A DNA stretch of 64,000 bases from Eubacteriales bacterium. Lineage in GTDB: Bacteria; Bacillota; Clostridia; Oscillospirales; CAG-272. This document shows, one piece after another, positions 1-8,798 of this stretch. The position numbers were made by a program, and so were the translations under genes. The stretch is from positions 210,000 through 273,999 of the forward strand of contig JAZLLY010000016.1 in assembly GCA_045598385.1 (NCBI GenBank). Reading direction: 5' to 3'. Within the stretch, counting starts at the first letter, position 1, and every line of letters starts with the position of its first letter. Under the pieces are notes generated by a model. It ran no database searches, had not been told where the DNA came from, and was given only the letters and a program-made list of their open reading frames with translations.

Positions 1-463
1 CGGGAATGAAAACGCCCCGATCACAGAATACGCCGACGCGACGGTTCTCATGTATGAAAAAGCAAACCTCAAAGAACCCGTCTCTTTTGAAGACGGCGAG
101 ATCCGTCTTCTGAAACGGTATGAAAAAACGGGAAAAGCGCCTGCGATCATGGTGGATATTTCCCCGTTCGCCTATCTTGACGGCGTCCCTGTCACAAAGC
201 AGGAAGCCCTGGTCCGTGCCATCGCGGAGGGCGGTACGATCCGTTATGACGAAGAAACAAAGCTTTCTTCCTTTACCACACGCTCACACAATGCCGTTTT
301 TGAATCTCTTGAAAATATAAAAGCCAAGTTCGCATTGCTCGACGAACTCGGCTTTATGGGGATCGCAATTGACGTCATGCGGACCGATACGCCGGTGCTG
401 CTGCTCGCGGCGACGGAATTCGCGCCGGTCAATTACGTATTTTATTCGGTCAAAGAGACCTGA
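1..463 (+). CDS. C-terminal fragment of a gene entering from upstream of the window; possibly a GH18/chitinase-like (YaaH/YdhD-type) TIM-barrel tail
   Basis: The frame of ORF 50..463 stays open back to base 2, so the listed Met is probably internal. The family assignment is a weak by-eye impression only. Confidence 0.35.
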   Translation, partial: GNENAPITEYADATVLMYEKANLKEPVSFEDGEIRLLKRYEKTGKAPAIMVDISPFAYLDGVPVTKQEALVRAIAEGGTIRYDEETKLSSFTTRSHNAVFESLENIKAKFALLDELGFMGIAIDVMRTDTPVLLLAATEFAPVNYVFYSVKET

Positions 464-1239
464 AAAAGCGCGGCGGCATTTCTCGCGGTCAGGGCGGCGG
501 CTTCCTCTTCCGGGATACCGAGGATCTCTGCTATCTTCCGACAGGTAAAAACCAAATTGCCGGAATGATTCTTCGTGCCGCGCAAAGGATCCGGCGAAAG
601 ATACGGTGCGTCCGTTTCGATCAGTATCCGCTCGGGTGGGACCGCAGCGGCGGCGGAAACGACCTTCGACGCGTTTTTGAAAGTGACCGTACCCGAAAAC
701 GAGACGTAATAGCCGAGTTTCACGGCTTCTTTCGACATCTCGGGAGACCCGGAAAAACTGTGGATCACACCGCCGACACCCTTATATTTGCGCAAAACGT
801 CCATGACGTCGCCGTGGGCGTCCCTGTCGTGGATCACGACGGGCAGGCGCAGACGCGCCGCCGTTTCCATTTGTTTTTCAAAAACGTATTTCTGCCGCTC
901 TTTCCACGTGTCGGGGTAATGATAATCCAGACCGATCTCTCCGACGGCGACGCATTTGCTGTCGGGATCGGCGGCAAGCGCGGCGGTCAGATCGAGCGCG
1001 GCATCAATATCGCCGATGTCCTGCGAATCCGTCGGATGGATACCGACAGCCGTGAACATACGGGGATACCGTTTTGCCTGCGCGATCGCCGCTTCCGAGG
1101 TTTTCGGCGATGTGCCGACGTTGACGATATGGGAAACGGAGGTATCGAAGAGTCCCCGAAGCAGGTCATCGACGGGATCGTCAATATCCCCGACGAACCT
1201 ATCATCAAAATAGTGCGCGTGAGAGTCGAAGTAACGCAT
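442..1239 (-). CDS. tatD: TatD family metal-dependent hydrolase/DNase
   Basis: 265 aa. N-terminal DSHAHY (HxH metal site), VVIHDRDAHGD and LIETDAPYLSP motifs are typical of the TatD family. Confidence 0.9.
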   Translation of the reverse strand: MRYFDSHAHYFDDRFVGDIDDPVDDLLRGLFDTSVSHIVNVGTSPKTSEAAIAQAKRYPRMFTAVGIHPTDSQDIGDIDAALDLTAALAADPDSKCVAVGEIGLDYHYPDTWKERQKYVFEKQMETAARLRLPVVIHDRDAHGDVMDVLRKYKGVGGVIHSFSGSPEMSKEAVKLGYYVSFSGTVTFKNASKVVSAAAAVPPERILIETDAPYLSPDPLRGTKNHSGNLVFTCRKIAEILGIPEEEAAALTARNAAALFQVSLTE

Positions 1240-3185
1240 CAGTGGATACGGTCGCCGGGCTTCGCGGCGGGATCGAGGAAGACCACCTTCACGTCCTCTT
1301 CGCCGGACGCGAGAAGCATTCCGTAGCTTTCAACGCCGCAAAGCGTGACGGGCTTGAGATTGGCGACGAGCACGATCTTTTTGCCGATCAGATCGGCGGG
1401 CTGATAAAACTTGGCGATGCCGGAGACGACCTGCCGCGTTTCATAGCCGAGACTGACCTGAAGTTTCAGCAGTTTTTTTGCTTTAGGGACGGGCTCGCAG
1501 GCAAGGATCTCGCCGACGCGGAGCTCGACGGCGCCGAACGATTCGATTCCGATCTCCGGCTCGTGCTCGGGTTCCTTCGCCGCTTCTGCCTGTTTGGTCG
1601 CGGCGGCGCGGATGGCATTCTGTTTTTCGATGCTCGCTTTGAATTTTTCTTCGTCAAGGCGGGCAAAAAGCGTGAACGCCTCGCCGAGAGGTTTTCCGCT
1701 CTCGAGTGCGCCGAATTTCAAAACGGTGTCATAAGATTTTTTGTCGGTTCCGAGTTGAGAGAACACGTTTTCCGCCGTCTTGGGCAGGAACGGTGTCAGA
1801 AGAACGGCGCCGACGCGGATGGCTTCCAACAGATGATAAAGGACCGTGCCGAGACGGTCTTTTTTGGTCTCGTCCTTGGCAAGCGCCCAGGGCATCGTCT
1901 CGTCGATATACTTATTGGCGCGGCGGAGCATGATGAAGATCTCGTCGAGCGCGTCAGCGATATGGAAATCGTCGGTCAGTTTTCTCGATTTTTCGACGGC
2001 AAGCGCGATAGCGTCTTTGAGCTGCCCGTCGGGTTCTCCCGATTCTTTCGGCTCGGGGATCACGCCGCCGAAGTATTTGACGGTCATGGCGTGCGTACGG
2101 CTCACGAGATTGCCGAGATTGTTGGCAAGATCGTTGTTGTATCTCGTCAGCACGTTCTCGTAAGAGATCGAGCCGTCGGCGTTATAGGGCATTTCGGACA
2201 GGGCGTAATACCGCACGCCGTCCACACCGATCAATTCGGCGAGCTCGTCGGCATAGACGACGTTACCCTTGGATTTGCTCATCTTGTCCGTTCCGAAGTT
2301 GAACCAGGGGTGACCGAAGACTTTTTTCGGAAGAGGCAAGCCGAGCGCCATCAGGAAGATCGGCCAGTAGATGGTATGGAAACGGAGAATATCTTTTCCG
2401 ATGATATGCACGTCGCAGGGCCAATAGCGGCGAAACTTCTCGCTCTGCTCTTCGTAGGATTTTTCGGGATCGTAGCCGAGCGCCGTGATGTAGTTCGTCA
2501 GAGCGTCGAGCCAGACGTAAACCACGTGCTTATCGTCAAAATCGACGGGAATACCCCATTTGAAGGACGTGCGGGAAACGCAGAGATCCTGCAGTCCGGC
2601 TTTGAGGAAATTGTTGACCATTTCTTTTTTACGGCTCTCGGGCTCGATGAACCCGGGATTTTCCTCAATGTGACGGATGAGGCGATCGACGTATTTCGAC
2701 ATACGGAAGAAATACGCCTCTTCCCTCGCCTGACGGACGGGTGCGCCGCAATCCGGGCATTTGCCGTCCACGACCTGCGTGTTGGTATAGAAAGATTCAC
2801 AGGGGTTGCAGTACCAACCCTCGTAATAACCTTTGTAAATATCGTCCTGATCGAAGAATCTCTTGAAGATCTTCTTCACGGCATCCACATGATTGTCGTC
2901 GGTGGTGCGGATAAAGTAGTCGTAACTCGTATCCATCAGATCCCAGATACCGCGGATCTCTCCCGCGACTTTGTCCACGTACGCCTTCGGCGACACGCCG
3001 GCGTCGTTCGCATAATTTTCGATCTTCTGTCCGTGTTCATCCGTTCCGGTACAGAAAAAAACGTCCTTGCCCATCTGGCGCTGGAATCTCGCGAAAGCAT
3101 CCGCCATGATGATCTCGTAGGTATTGCCCATATGCGGCTTGCGGGAAGCGTAGGCGATCGCGGTTGTCAGATAGTATTTTTCCAT
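1239..3185 (-). CDS. metG: Methionine--tRNA ligase with C-terminal tRNA-binding domain
   Basis: 648 aa. Class I signatures are present (PHMGNTYE HIGH-like; DKMSKSKGN KMSKS). Also has a CPDCGAP zinc knuckle and a C-terminal Trbp111/EMAP-like segment (GKKIVLVANLKP). Confidence 0.95.
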   Translation of the reverse strand: MEKYYLTTAIAYASRKPHMGNTYEIIMADAFARFQRQMGKDVFFCTGTDEHGQKIENYANDAGVSPKAYVDKVAGEIRGIWDLMDTSYDYFIRTTDDNHVDAVKKIFKRFFDQDDIYKGYYEGWYCNPCESFYTNTQVVDGKCPDCGAPVRQAREEAYFFRMSKYVDRLIRHIEENPGFIEPESRKKEMVNNFLKAGLQDLCVSRTSFKWGIPVDFDDKHVVYVWLDALTNYITALGYDPEKSYEEQSEKFRRYWPCDVHIIGKDILRFHTIYWPIFLMALGLPLPKKVFGHPWFNFGTDKMSKSKGNVVYADELAELIGVDGVRYYALSEMPYNADGSISYENVLTRYNNDLANNLGNLVSRTHAMTVKYFGGVIPEPKESGEPDGQLKDAIALAVEKSRKLTDDFHIADALDEIFIMLRRANKYIDETMPWALAKDETKKDRLGTVLYHLLEAIRVGAVLLTPFLPKTAENVFSQLGTDKKSYDTVLKFGALESGKPLGEAFTLFARLDEEKFKASIEKQNAIRAAATKQAEAAKEPEHEPEIGIESFGAVELRVGEILACEPVPKAKKLLKLQVSLGYETRQVVSGIAKFYQPADLIGKKIVLVANLKPVTLCGVESYGMLLASGEEDVKVVFLDPAAKPGDRIH

Positions 3186-3295
3186 GATATCCCTCTCTTT
3201 GGGTTTATTTGCGGCTAATGAAACCGCATATTACATCCGAATACTGATTTTAGCACAAAAGAATAAATAATACAAGTCTTTCGCGGAAAATACGA

Positions 3296-3324
3296 TTGAC
3301 AAAACGGCGGTTATATGGTATCCT
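3296..3324 (+). promoter_or_regulatory. Sigma-70-type promoter candidate for holB
   Basis: TTGACA (3296-3301), 17-nt spacer, TATCCT (3319-3324). The ORF-track start at 3296 is this -35 box. Confidence 0.45.
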
Positions 3325-3358
3325 TATCTTGTATTATTATGGGAAGGGGCAAGAGCGG

Positions 3359-4390
3359 ATGGCAGTCTTTTCAGGTCTTTTCGGCAATGAGTCCACAAAA
3401 GAACGCATCGCGCGCAATCTGAAGAACGAAACGCTGCCCCACGCTTTTCTCATTAAAGGTCCCGCCGGGAGCGGAAAGCACACGCTGGCGCTGGAGATCG
3501 CCGCCGCCGTCAACTGCGAGAACCGGGACGGCACGGGGGACTTTCCCTGTCACGTCTGCCGCACCTGCCGACGGATTTTCGCCCGGCAGTTCACCGATCT
3601 GAAATTTCTGCAAAAACCGCAGGATAAATCCTCCGTCGGCGTCGCTGAGGTCCGGGCGTTCCGGGAAGATATGTTTTTATCTCCCTCCGAATCGGACGCC
3701 AAGATCTACGTTTTGGAAAACGCGGAACTGCTGACGACACAGGCGCAGAACGCGCTGCTCAAAATCCTCGAAGAACCGCCCGGGAGAATGTATGTTTTTC
3801 TTCTGACAGAATCGGAAGAAAAGATCCTCACGACGGTGAAAAGCCGCGCACAACGCATTGCGACGGAGTTGTTCGAGCCGGACGTTCTGTCCCGCTATCT
3901 TTTGCAAAGAAGCGAGGAAGCAAGGTCGCTGAACCTTCGTTCCGGCGAGGAATACCGCGCCGTTCTGCTCCGTGCGGGCGGTACGGTCGGACAGGCACTT
4001 TCTCTTCTCGATTCCAACGCCGTTTCCGCCGAAAACAAGATGAGAAGCGCCGTTCTCTCGATCCTTTCCGCGTCTTTGCCCGGAAAACCGTATGAAGAAC
4101 TCCGCAAAGCGTTTTCCTCCCTGCCGACGAAAAGAGGGGAGTTCGCCGTTTTTATCGACCGCGTTCTTTTGGCGATCCGCGACATGATCGCGCTGAAAAA
4201 CGGAACGGAAGACGGCACGTTTCTCTTCTTTCTCAACGAGGAAGAGGCAAAAAGCGTTACCGAGAAATGGAAACTCTCCCGCTTGTTCCGTCTCTTCGAT
4301 ATTTACAGAAACGCCGCCGAGCAGAACGCGAAAAACGGCAATCTCTCCCTGATCGGCGCCAACGTCATTCTCGAAACCCGAAAATTGTAA
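3359..4390 (+). CDS. holB: DNA polymerase III delta-prime subunit
   Basis: Walker A-like GPAGSGKHTLA, CxxC zinc module (CHVCRTCRRI) and TVKSRAQ sensor motif. The ATG at 3359 follows GGGAAGGGG. The upstream 21 codons overlap the promoter. Confidence 0.8.
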   Translation: MAVFSGLFGNESTKERIARNLKNETLPHAFLIKGPAGSGKHTLALEIAAAVNCENRDGTGDFPCHVCRTCRRIFARQFTDLKFLQKPQDKSSVGVAEVRAFREDMFLSPSESDAKIYVLENAELLTTQAQNALLKILEEPPGRMYVFLLTESEEKILTTVKSRAQRIATELFEPDVLSRYLLQRSEEARSLNLRSGEEYRAVLLRAGGTVGQALSLLDSNAVSAENKMRSAVLSILSASLPGKPYEELRKAFSSLPTKRGEFAVFIDRVLLAIRDMIALKNGTEDGTFLFFLNEEEAKSVTEKWKLSRLFRLFDIYRNAAEQNAKNGNLSLIGANVILETRKL

Positions 4391-4400
4391 AGAGGTCATT

Positions 4401-5363
4401 ATGTCAGACAAACAAACGAAAAAAAGATCCTTCGACACGGTACAAACCGAAGAAGCAATAGAACCCATCGTCGGTCCCGTCGAGATCATAGGCGTCAATT
4501 TCCGCGATGCCGGAAAGATCTACTCTTTTGCCCCTGCGGGACTGTCCTGCGCGCCCGGGGAAAAAGTCATCGTCGAAACCTCCCGCGGACTGGAAATGGG
4601 AACCGTCAAGATCGCCAATAAAACCGTGGACGGAAAAACCGTGAAGCCGCCGCTCAAATCGGTCAAAAGAAAAGCCACGAAAGAGGATCTCGACCGTGCC
4701 GAAGAAAACAGGCAGGCACAGGACGAAGCCGCCGTGATCTTCAAAAAGAAAGTCAAGACACACGGGCTCGCTATGGATCTCGTCAACGTGGAATATACCT
4801 TTGACCGTTCAAAACTCACCTTTGATTTCACCTGCGAATCCCGCGTGGATTTTCGCGAACTCGTCAAGGATCTCGCTTCGACTTTCCATACCCGAATCGA
4901 ACTGCATCAGATCGGCATCCGCGACGAAACGAAACTGATGGGCGGCATCGGTGTCTGCGGCAGACCGTATTGCTGTAAAGGATTTCTGACCGATTTTGTC
5001 CAGGTGTCCATCAAAATGGCGAAAGAACAGAACTTCGCCCTCAATTCCTCAAAAGCGTCCGGCGCCTGCGGCAGACTGATGTGCTGTCTGCGATACGAGC
5101 ACGATACCTACGAAGAAGCCATCCGCGTCACGCCGCCAAACGGTTCGACGGTCGAGACCTCCGACGGTGTCGGTACGGTCGTCGAAGGTCGTCCCCTCGC
5201 GGCAAAAGTCAAAGTCCGTATTGAGGACAAAGGAAAAGAGACCTTCAAACTTTTCGATATCGCCGATATCAAGGTCTTAAAAGTGCCGGAAAAGAATAAT
5301 CATAAGAACGGAAAAAAAGGATCCCCGGAAGCCGGTGAAGACGCCGACACCGACGAAAACTGA
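4401..5363 (+). CDS. ricT: PSP1 domain protein (stage 0 sporulation protein YaaT/RicT-like)
   Basis: 320 aa. The Cys cluster GVCGRPYCC...GACGRLMCCLRYE is typical of PSP1/YaaT. It follows holB, as in the Bacillus yaaT locus. Confidence 0.85.
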   Translation: MSDKQTKKRSFDTVQTEEAIEPIVGPVEIIGVNFRDAGKIYSFAPAGLSCAPGEKVIVETSRGLEMGTVKIANKTVDGKTVKPPLKSVKRKATKEDLDRAEENRQAQDEAAVIFKKKVKTHGLAMDLVNVEYTFDRSKLTFDFTCESRVDFRELVKDLASTFHTRIELHQIGIRDETKLMGGIGVCGRPYCCKGFLTDFVQVSIKMAKEQNFALNSSKASGACGRLMCCLRYEHDTYEEAIRVTPPNGSTVETSDGVGTVVEGRPLAAKVKVRIEDKGKETFKLFDIADIKVLKVPEKNNHKNGKKGSPEAGEDADTDEN

Positions 5364-5392
5364 CGTATTCTTATAAATTTTCGCAAAATCTC

Positions 5393-5420
5393 TTGATTTT
5401 TTCCCGAACTATGCTAAAAT
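5393..5420 (+). promoter_or_regulatory. Promoter candidate for the ferredoxin gene
   Basis: TTGATT, 16-nt spacer, TAAAAT preceded by TGc (extended -10). Confidence 0.45.
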
Positions 5421-5448
5421 GGATACAAATCCAGTAGGAGGTAAAACC

Positions 5449-5619
5449 ATGGCTTACAAGATTTCCGATGATTGCATCAAATGTGGCGCTTGCGCTTCTG
5501 AATGCCCTCAGGAATGTATCGTCGAGGGTGACGACAAATACGTCATCGACGCTGACAAATGCATTTCCTGCGGCACTTGCGCAGATACTTGCCCGGTAGG
5601 CGCACCCGCTGAAGAATAA
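5449..5619 (+). CDS. 2x[4Fe-4S] ferredoxin
   Basis: Two CxxCxxCxxxCP motifs (CIKCGACASECP, CISCGTCADTCP). The ATG at 5449 follows a GGAGG RBS. Confidence 0.9.
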   Translation: MAYKISDDCIKCGACASECPQECIVEGDDKYVIDADKCISCGTCADTCPVGAPAEE

Positions 5620-5644
5620 TTTTGAGAAAGGTCAACTTTCGAAG

Positions 5645-5671
5645 AAAAAGCGGAGTCATCTCCGCTTTTTC
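5645..5671 (+). terminator. Rho-independent terminator
   Basis: Hairpin AAAAAGCGGAG-tcat-CTCCGCTTTTT followed by a T-run. Confidence 0.7.
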
Positions 5672-5683
5672 TTATATCTGACG

Positions 5684-6415
5684 ATGGAACGAATCGATTT
5701 TGTGAACGACGATATTTCGCTGATCCAGAATACCGACGGTCTGACGTTCGGGACGGACGCTCTTTTGCTCGCCGCCTACGTCAAAGGCAAACGTAAAACG
5801 GGACTGGAGATCGGCTCGGGAAGCGGCATCATTTCCCTGCTCCTTCTCTCCCGGAACAAACTTGACTCGACGGTCGCGGTGGAAGTCCAGGAAACCTACG
5901 CGCGTCTGACAGAGAGAAACGCGGAGAAAAACGGATTTTCCGACCGATTACGCGTCGTTTGTGCCGACGTGCGGGATTATACGGGAGACGGGGAATGCGA
6001 TCTCGTCTATACCAACCCGCCTTATATGAAGACGACCAGCGGAAAAAGCAATGAAAGCGAAGCGAAAAACGCGGCGAGACACGAGGTGTTCGGAAACATT
6101 TCCGACTTCTGCGAAGCGGCAAAAAGACTGCTGCGTTTCGGCGGTGATTTCGTCGTCGTTTACCGTCCCGACAGGTTGTCGGAACTGATGAGTGCTCTCC
6201 ACAATGCCGGGATCGAACCGAAGCGCATGACGCTCGTCCACGCCGATTTCGACGCGAAGCCGTCGATGGTCCTTGTCAGCGCCAAGCGCGGCGCCGCCCC
6301 CGGTCTCTGTGTAACACCGCCATTTTTCATCTACCGTTCGCCCGACGGACGGGAATATTCGGAAGATATGATCCGCGTTCTCGAAAACGGAAGTTTTCCC
6401 GAGCGCTATATGTGA
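5684..6415 (+). CDS. SAM-dependent methyltransferase, tRNA(adenine-N6)/YabB-YfiC-like
   Basis: SAM motif I (LEIGSGSGIISL) and the N6-amino methyltransferase motif NPPY (VYTNPPYM). Confidence 0.7.
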   Translation: MERIDFVNDDISLIQNTDGLTFGTDALLLAAYVKGKRKTGLEIGSGSGIISLLLLSRNKLDSTVAVEVQETYARLTERNAEKNGFSDRLRVVCADVRDYTGDGECDLVYTNPPYMKTTSGKSNESEAKNAARHEVFGNISDFCEAAKRLLRFGGDFVVVYRPDRLSELMSALHNAGIEPKRMTLVHADFDAKPSMVLVSAKRGAAPGLCVTPPFFIYRSPDGREYSEDMIRVLENGSFPERYM

Positions 6416-6421
6416 GGCATT

Positions 6422-7297
6422 ATGGCAGAAAACGAAAAGAACAAAGTGAAAAGCGCGGCGCTTTATCTCGTCGGCACGCCGATCGGCAATCTCTCCGACC
6501 TTTCGGACAGAGCGAAGAAAGTGCTTTCGGACGTGGACTTCATCGCCGCCGAGGATACGAGAAACACGCAAAAACTGCTGACGTTTTTCGGCATACGCAA
6601 GGAATGTGTCAGTTACCACGAACACAATAAAGCGGCGAGCGGCGAAAAGATCGCCGCAAGACTGGAAAACGGCGAATCCTGTGCGCTCGTCACGGATGCC
6701 GGAATGCCCGCCGTCAGCGATCCCGGCGAAGATCTCGTCCGTCTTTGTGCGGACAGAGGATTGTCGGTATTTGTGATCCCGGGACCGTGTGCCGCCGTGT
6801 CGGCGCTCGCCGTTTCCGCTCTTCCGACCGGAAAATTCGTTTTTGAGGGATTTTTGCCCGTTCCGACGAAGGAAAGACAAAAGCGCCTCGCGTTTCTGAA
6901 AAACGAACCGAGGACGATGATCTTTTACGAAGCACCTCACAAACTGAAAACGACGCTTTCCGATCTCTCTTCCGTTTTCGGTGAGGAACGGAAGATCTCG
7001 CTTTGCCGCGAACTCACGAAGATCAACGAAGAGGTCGAAAGGACGACGCTCGGGGGCGCCGTCCGACGCTACGAAGAAAAAGAACCCCGCGGCGAATACG
7101 TCCTGGTCGTGGAGGGCGGGATGGAAACCGCCGTCACGGAAAATCCGCTCCTCTCCCTTTCGCCCGAAGCGCACGTCGCTCACTATGAAAAGCAGGGGTT
7201 GCCCCGCATGGACGCTATCAAAGCGGCGGCGAAAGACCGCGGCCTCTCCAAATCCGAGTTTTACAAATCGTTGCAAAACAAACGCGAAGAAGATTAG
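6422..7297 (+). CDS. rsmI: 16S rRNA (cytidine1402-2'-O)-methyltransferase
   Basis: N-terminal LYLVGTPIGNLSDLS and the tetrapyrrole-methylase fold motif DAGMPAVSDPG are typical of RsmI. Confidence 0.9.
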   Translation: MAENEKNKVKSAALYLVGTPIGNLSDLSDRAKKVLSDVDFIAAEDTRNTQKLLTFFGIRKECVSYHEHNKAASGEKIAARLENGESCALVTDAGMPAVSDPGEDLVRLCADRGLSVFVIPGPCAAVSALAVSALPTGKFVFEGFLPVPTKERQKRLAFLKNEPRTMIFYEAPHKLKTTLSDLSSVFGEERKISLCRELTKINEEVERTTLGGAVRRYEEKEPRGEYVLVVEGGMETAVTENPLLSLSPEAHVAHYEKQGLPRMDAIKAAAKDRGLSKSEFYKSLQNKREED

Positions 7298-7303
7298 AAT
7301 AAT

Positions 7304-7349
7304 AAAAGGGGCTGCTTAAAAACTCTCAGGTTTTTAAGCAGCCCCGAAA
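7304..7349. terminator. Bidirectional terminator between convergent genes
   Basis: 16-bp stem GGGGCTGCTTAAAAAC / GTTTTTAAGCAGCCCC with a 6-nt loop. Confidence 0.7.
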
Positions 7350-7405
7350 CATCGGGGGGATTTGCGGCTTCGGTTGACACTTTTTCGGCGTCAGTTTTCC
7401 GACTG

Positions 7406-7636
7406 TTATTTCACGAGGAAAGGTGCGAGCGCCTCTTTAAGCGCCTCGGCGTCGTTCGTGTGCGCCACCACTTTCACGGGAGACAGAAGATCCAGAGAGA
7501 AAATACCCATGATGGATTTTGCGTCAACGACGTAGCGCCCCTGGATCAGGTCGATCTCATAGCGCAAAAGCACAACGGTATTGACAAATGTGCGGATATC
7601 CTCGATCGTTTTCAAGGTGATATACATTTCGGTCAT
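7406..7636 (-). CDS. HPr-like domain protein
   Basis: 76 aa. Its size and the DAKSIMGI segment resemble PTS HPr-fold proteins. Assigned by eye only. Confidence 0.5.
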   Translation of the reverse strand: MTEMYITLKTIEDIRTFVNTVVLLRYEIDLIQGRYVVDAKSIMGIFSLDLLSPVKVVAHTNDAEALKEALAPFLVK

Positions 7637-7721
7637 AACGGTACACTCCTTTCGTAACCGTTTTTATTTTACACAAAAACATAGCTTTTGTCAATGCCGT
7701 TTTCCTGACAAAAAAACACGG

Positions 7722-7750
7722 TTGACAAAATCCGGGATTTCCTGTAAAAT
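7722..7750 (+). promoter_or_regulatory. Promoter candidate
   Basis: TTGACA, 17-nt spacer, TAAAAT with a TG upstream. Confidence 0.45.
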
Positions 7751-7781
7751 AGGATCACTACAACCGGGAAAGGACATTACC

Positions 7782-8051
7782 GTGAGAAAAAAACTGCAAA
7801 TCACGTCGCTCATCTCTTTCGGGATCTCTCTTATTGTCTTCGCGATCGACTACGTCTGCTTCCACTATCTTCTGGATACCGGCTTTACCGCCGTCCGCCA
7901 GGAGGAAGCACAAAAGCCGTTCGTCACCGATCTTATCGGTCAGTTCGGCACGCTTTTTCTTTTCGCCGCAGCCGCTACGCTGATCGCGTCTTTTATCTTT
8001 TTTGAAAAGACAAAGACTGAAAAAGCCGAAAATACCGCAAAGGCGGAATAA
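7782..8051 (+). CDS. Small membrane protein, unknown function
   Basis: GTG start downstream of the promoter candidate. Two hydrophobic helices are present. The longer ORF-track start (7581) overlaps the HPr-like gene. Confidence 0.4.
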   Translation: MRKKLQITSLISFGISLIVFAIDYVCFHYLLDTGFTAVRQEEAQKPFVTDLIGQFGTLFLFAAAATLIASFIFFEKTKTEKAENTAKAE

Positions 8052-8114
8052 CGGGATCCCAAAAAGAATAAAAGCCCTCTGCGGTCAAAAGACACGGAGG
8101 GCTTTTCTTCTTTA

Positions 8115-8149
8115 ATATGCCAAAGGCATATATCATCGCACAAAGTGCG
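8115..8149. repeat. Short hairpin array (ATATGCC-aaa-GGCATAT, ATCAT, CGCAC-aaa-GTGCG)
   Basis: Two triloop hairpins separated by ATCAT. It overlaps the 3' end of the four-helix-bundle ORF. Confidence 0.7.
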
Positions 8150-8528
8150 AATTCTGATTTCTGTCATCTGTTTTTCCATCTGTTTTGCTTTTTACGGTTT
8201 TGCAAGATGCAATGAGCATAACACGGATAGATGTGCTTTGTTCGTTAAGTGTTTTGTATGTTTGTTCATCAATATAATTTGTACGGTATAAAAGTTCAAG
8301 CCAATAACCCGTTTCACTTGCTTCTTTGAGGGCAATTTCAAGTTTGGAAATAAAATCTTTTGTACCTTGTGCGTAATTTGCTTCGTATATATTCGCACCG
8401 ATTGAAGTGCCGGAACGACCGATTTGGTTGGAGATGACGGTTTCGTGTTTTGCTTTCAGGTCTTTTACAAGATTGATGATCTGAACGGAAAAGTTCATTG
8501 ATAATTCAGCAAGTTTGTTTTCTTTCAT
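8133..8528 (-). CDS. Four-helix-bundle protein (23S rRNA intervening-sequence protein / Avd-like family)
   Basis: 131 aa. The motifs QIGRSGTSIGANIYEA and LEIALKEASETGYWLELL are characteristic of this family. The gene is visibly AT-rich relative to its neighbours. Confidence 0.8.
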   Translation of the reverse strand: MKENKLAELSMNFSVQIINLVKDLKAKHETVISNQIGRSGTSIGANIYEANYAQGTKDFISKLEIALKEASETGYWLELLYRTNYIDEQTYKTLNEQSTSIRVMLIASCKTVKSKTDGKTDDRNQNSHFVR

Positions 8529-8579
8529 AAGCCATACCGCCTTTCCGCAAAAAATATATCATATTTACAGAAAAAATCA

Positions 8580-8754
8580 ATGATGTCGCCGCTATGCGGC
8601 TGATGATGTTTCGTCGCTACGCTTCGAAATGATGCTGCGTCACTTCGTGCCGCAATGATGCGATGTTTGCTCATGTGCCGTCAGGCACACATCATTGCCG
8701 AAGGCAACATCATACCCGCGGGGTACATCATTTGCCCGGCAGGGCAAACATCAT
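8580..8754. repeat. Heptamer/hexamer-spaced hairpin array (ATGATG units switching to CATCAT units)
   Basis: Left half: ATGATG followed by short palindromes. Right half: CATCAT followed by TGCC-gaa-GGCA, ACCC-gcg-GGGT and TTGCCC-ggca-GGGCAA. Confidence 0.75.
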
Positions 8755-8763
8755 TCAAAAAAG

Positions 8764-8798
8764 TGTCTTTTGTCGATAGACAAAAGAGACTTTTTTGT
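8764..8798. terminator. Bidirectional terminator-like hairpin
   Basis: AAAAAA-GTGTCTTTTGTC-gata-GACAAAAGAGAC-TTTTTT. Confidence 0.6.

Noticed and set aside
1242-3218. Very long ORFs antisense to confirmed genes. Examples: 1242-3218(+), 5948-7276(-), 11980-14112(-), 24605-26071(-), 31909-34329(-), 35946-37358(-), 46928-48886(+), 53249-55117(+).
   Set aside because: They are shadow ORFs typical of GC-rich DNA. Their translations are low-complexity and Arg/Gly/Asp-rich, with no motifs. The opposite strand carries clearly recognisable conserved proteins.
8133-8528. Diversity-generating retroelement, because the four-helix-bundle protein resembles Avd.
   Set aside because: I could find no reverse transcriptase ORF and no template/variable repeat pair anywhere in the window.
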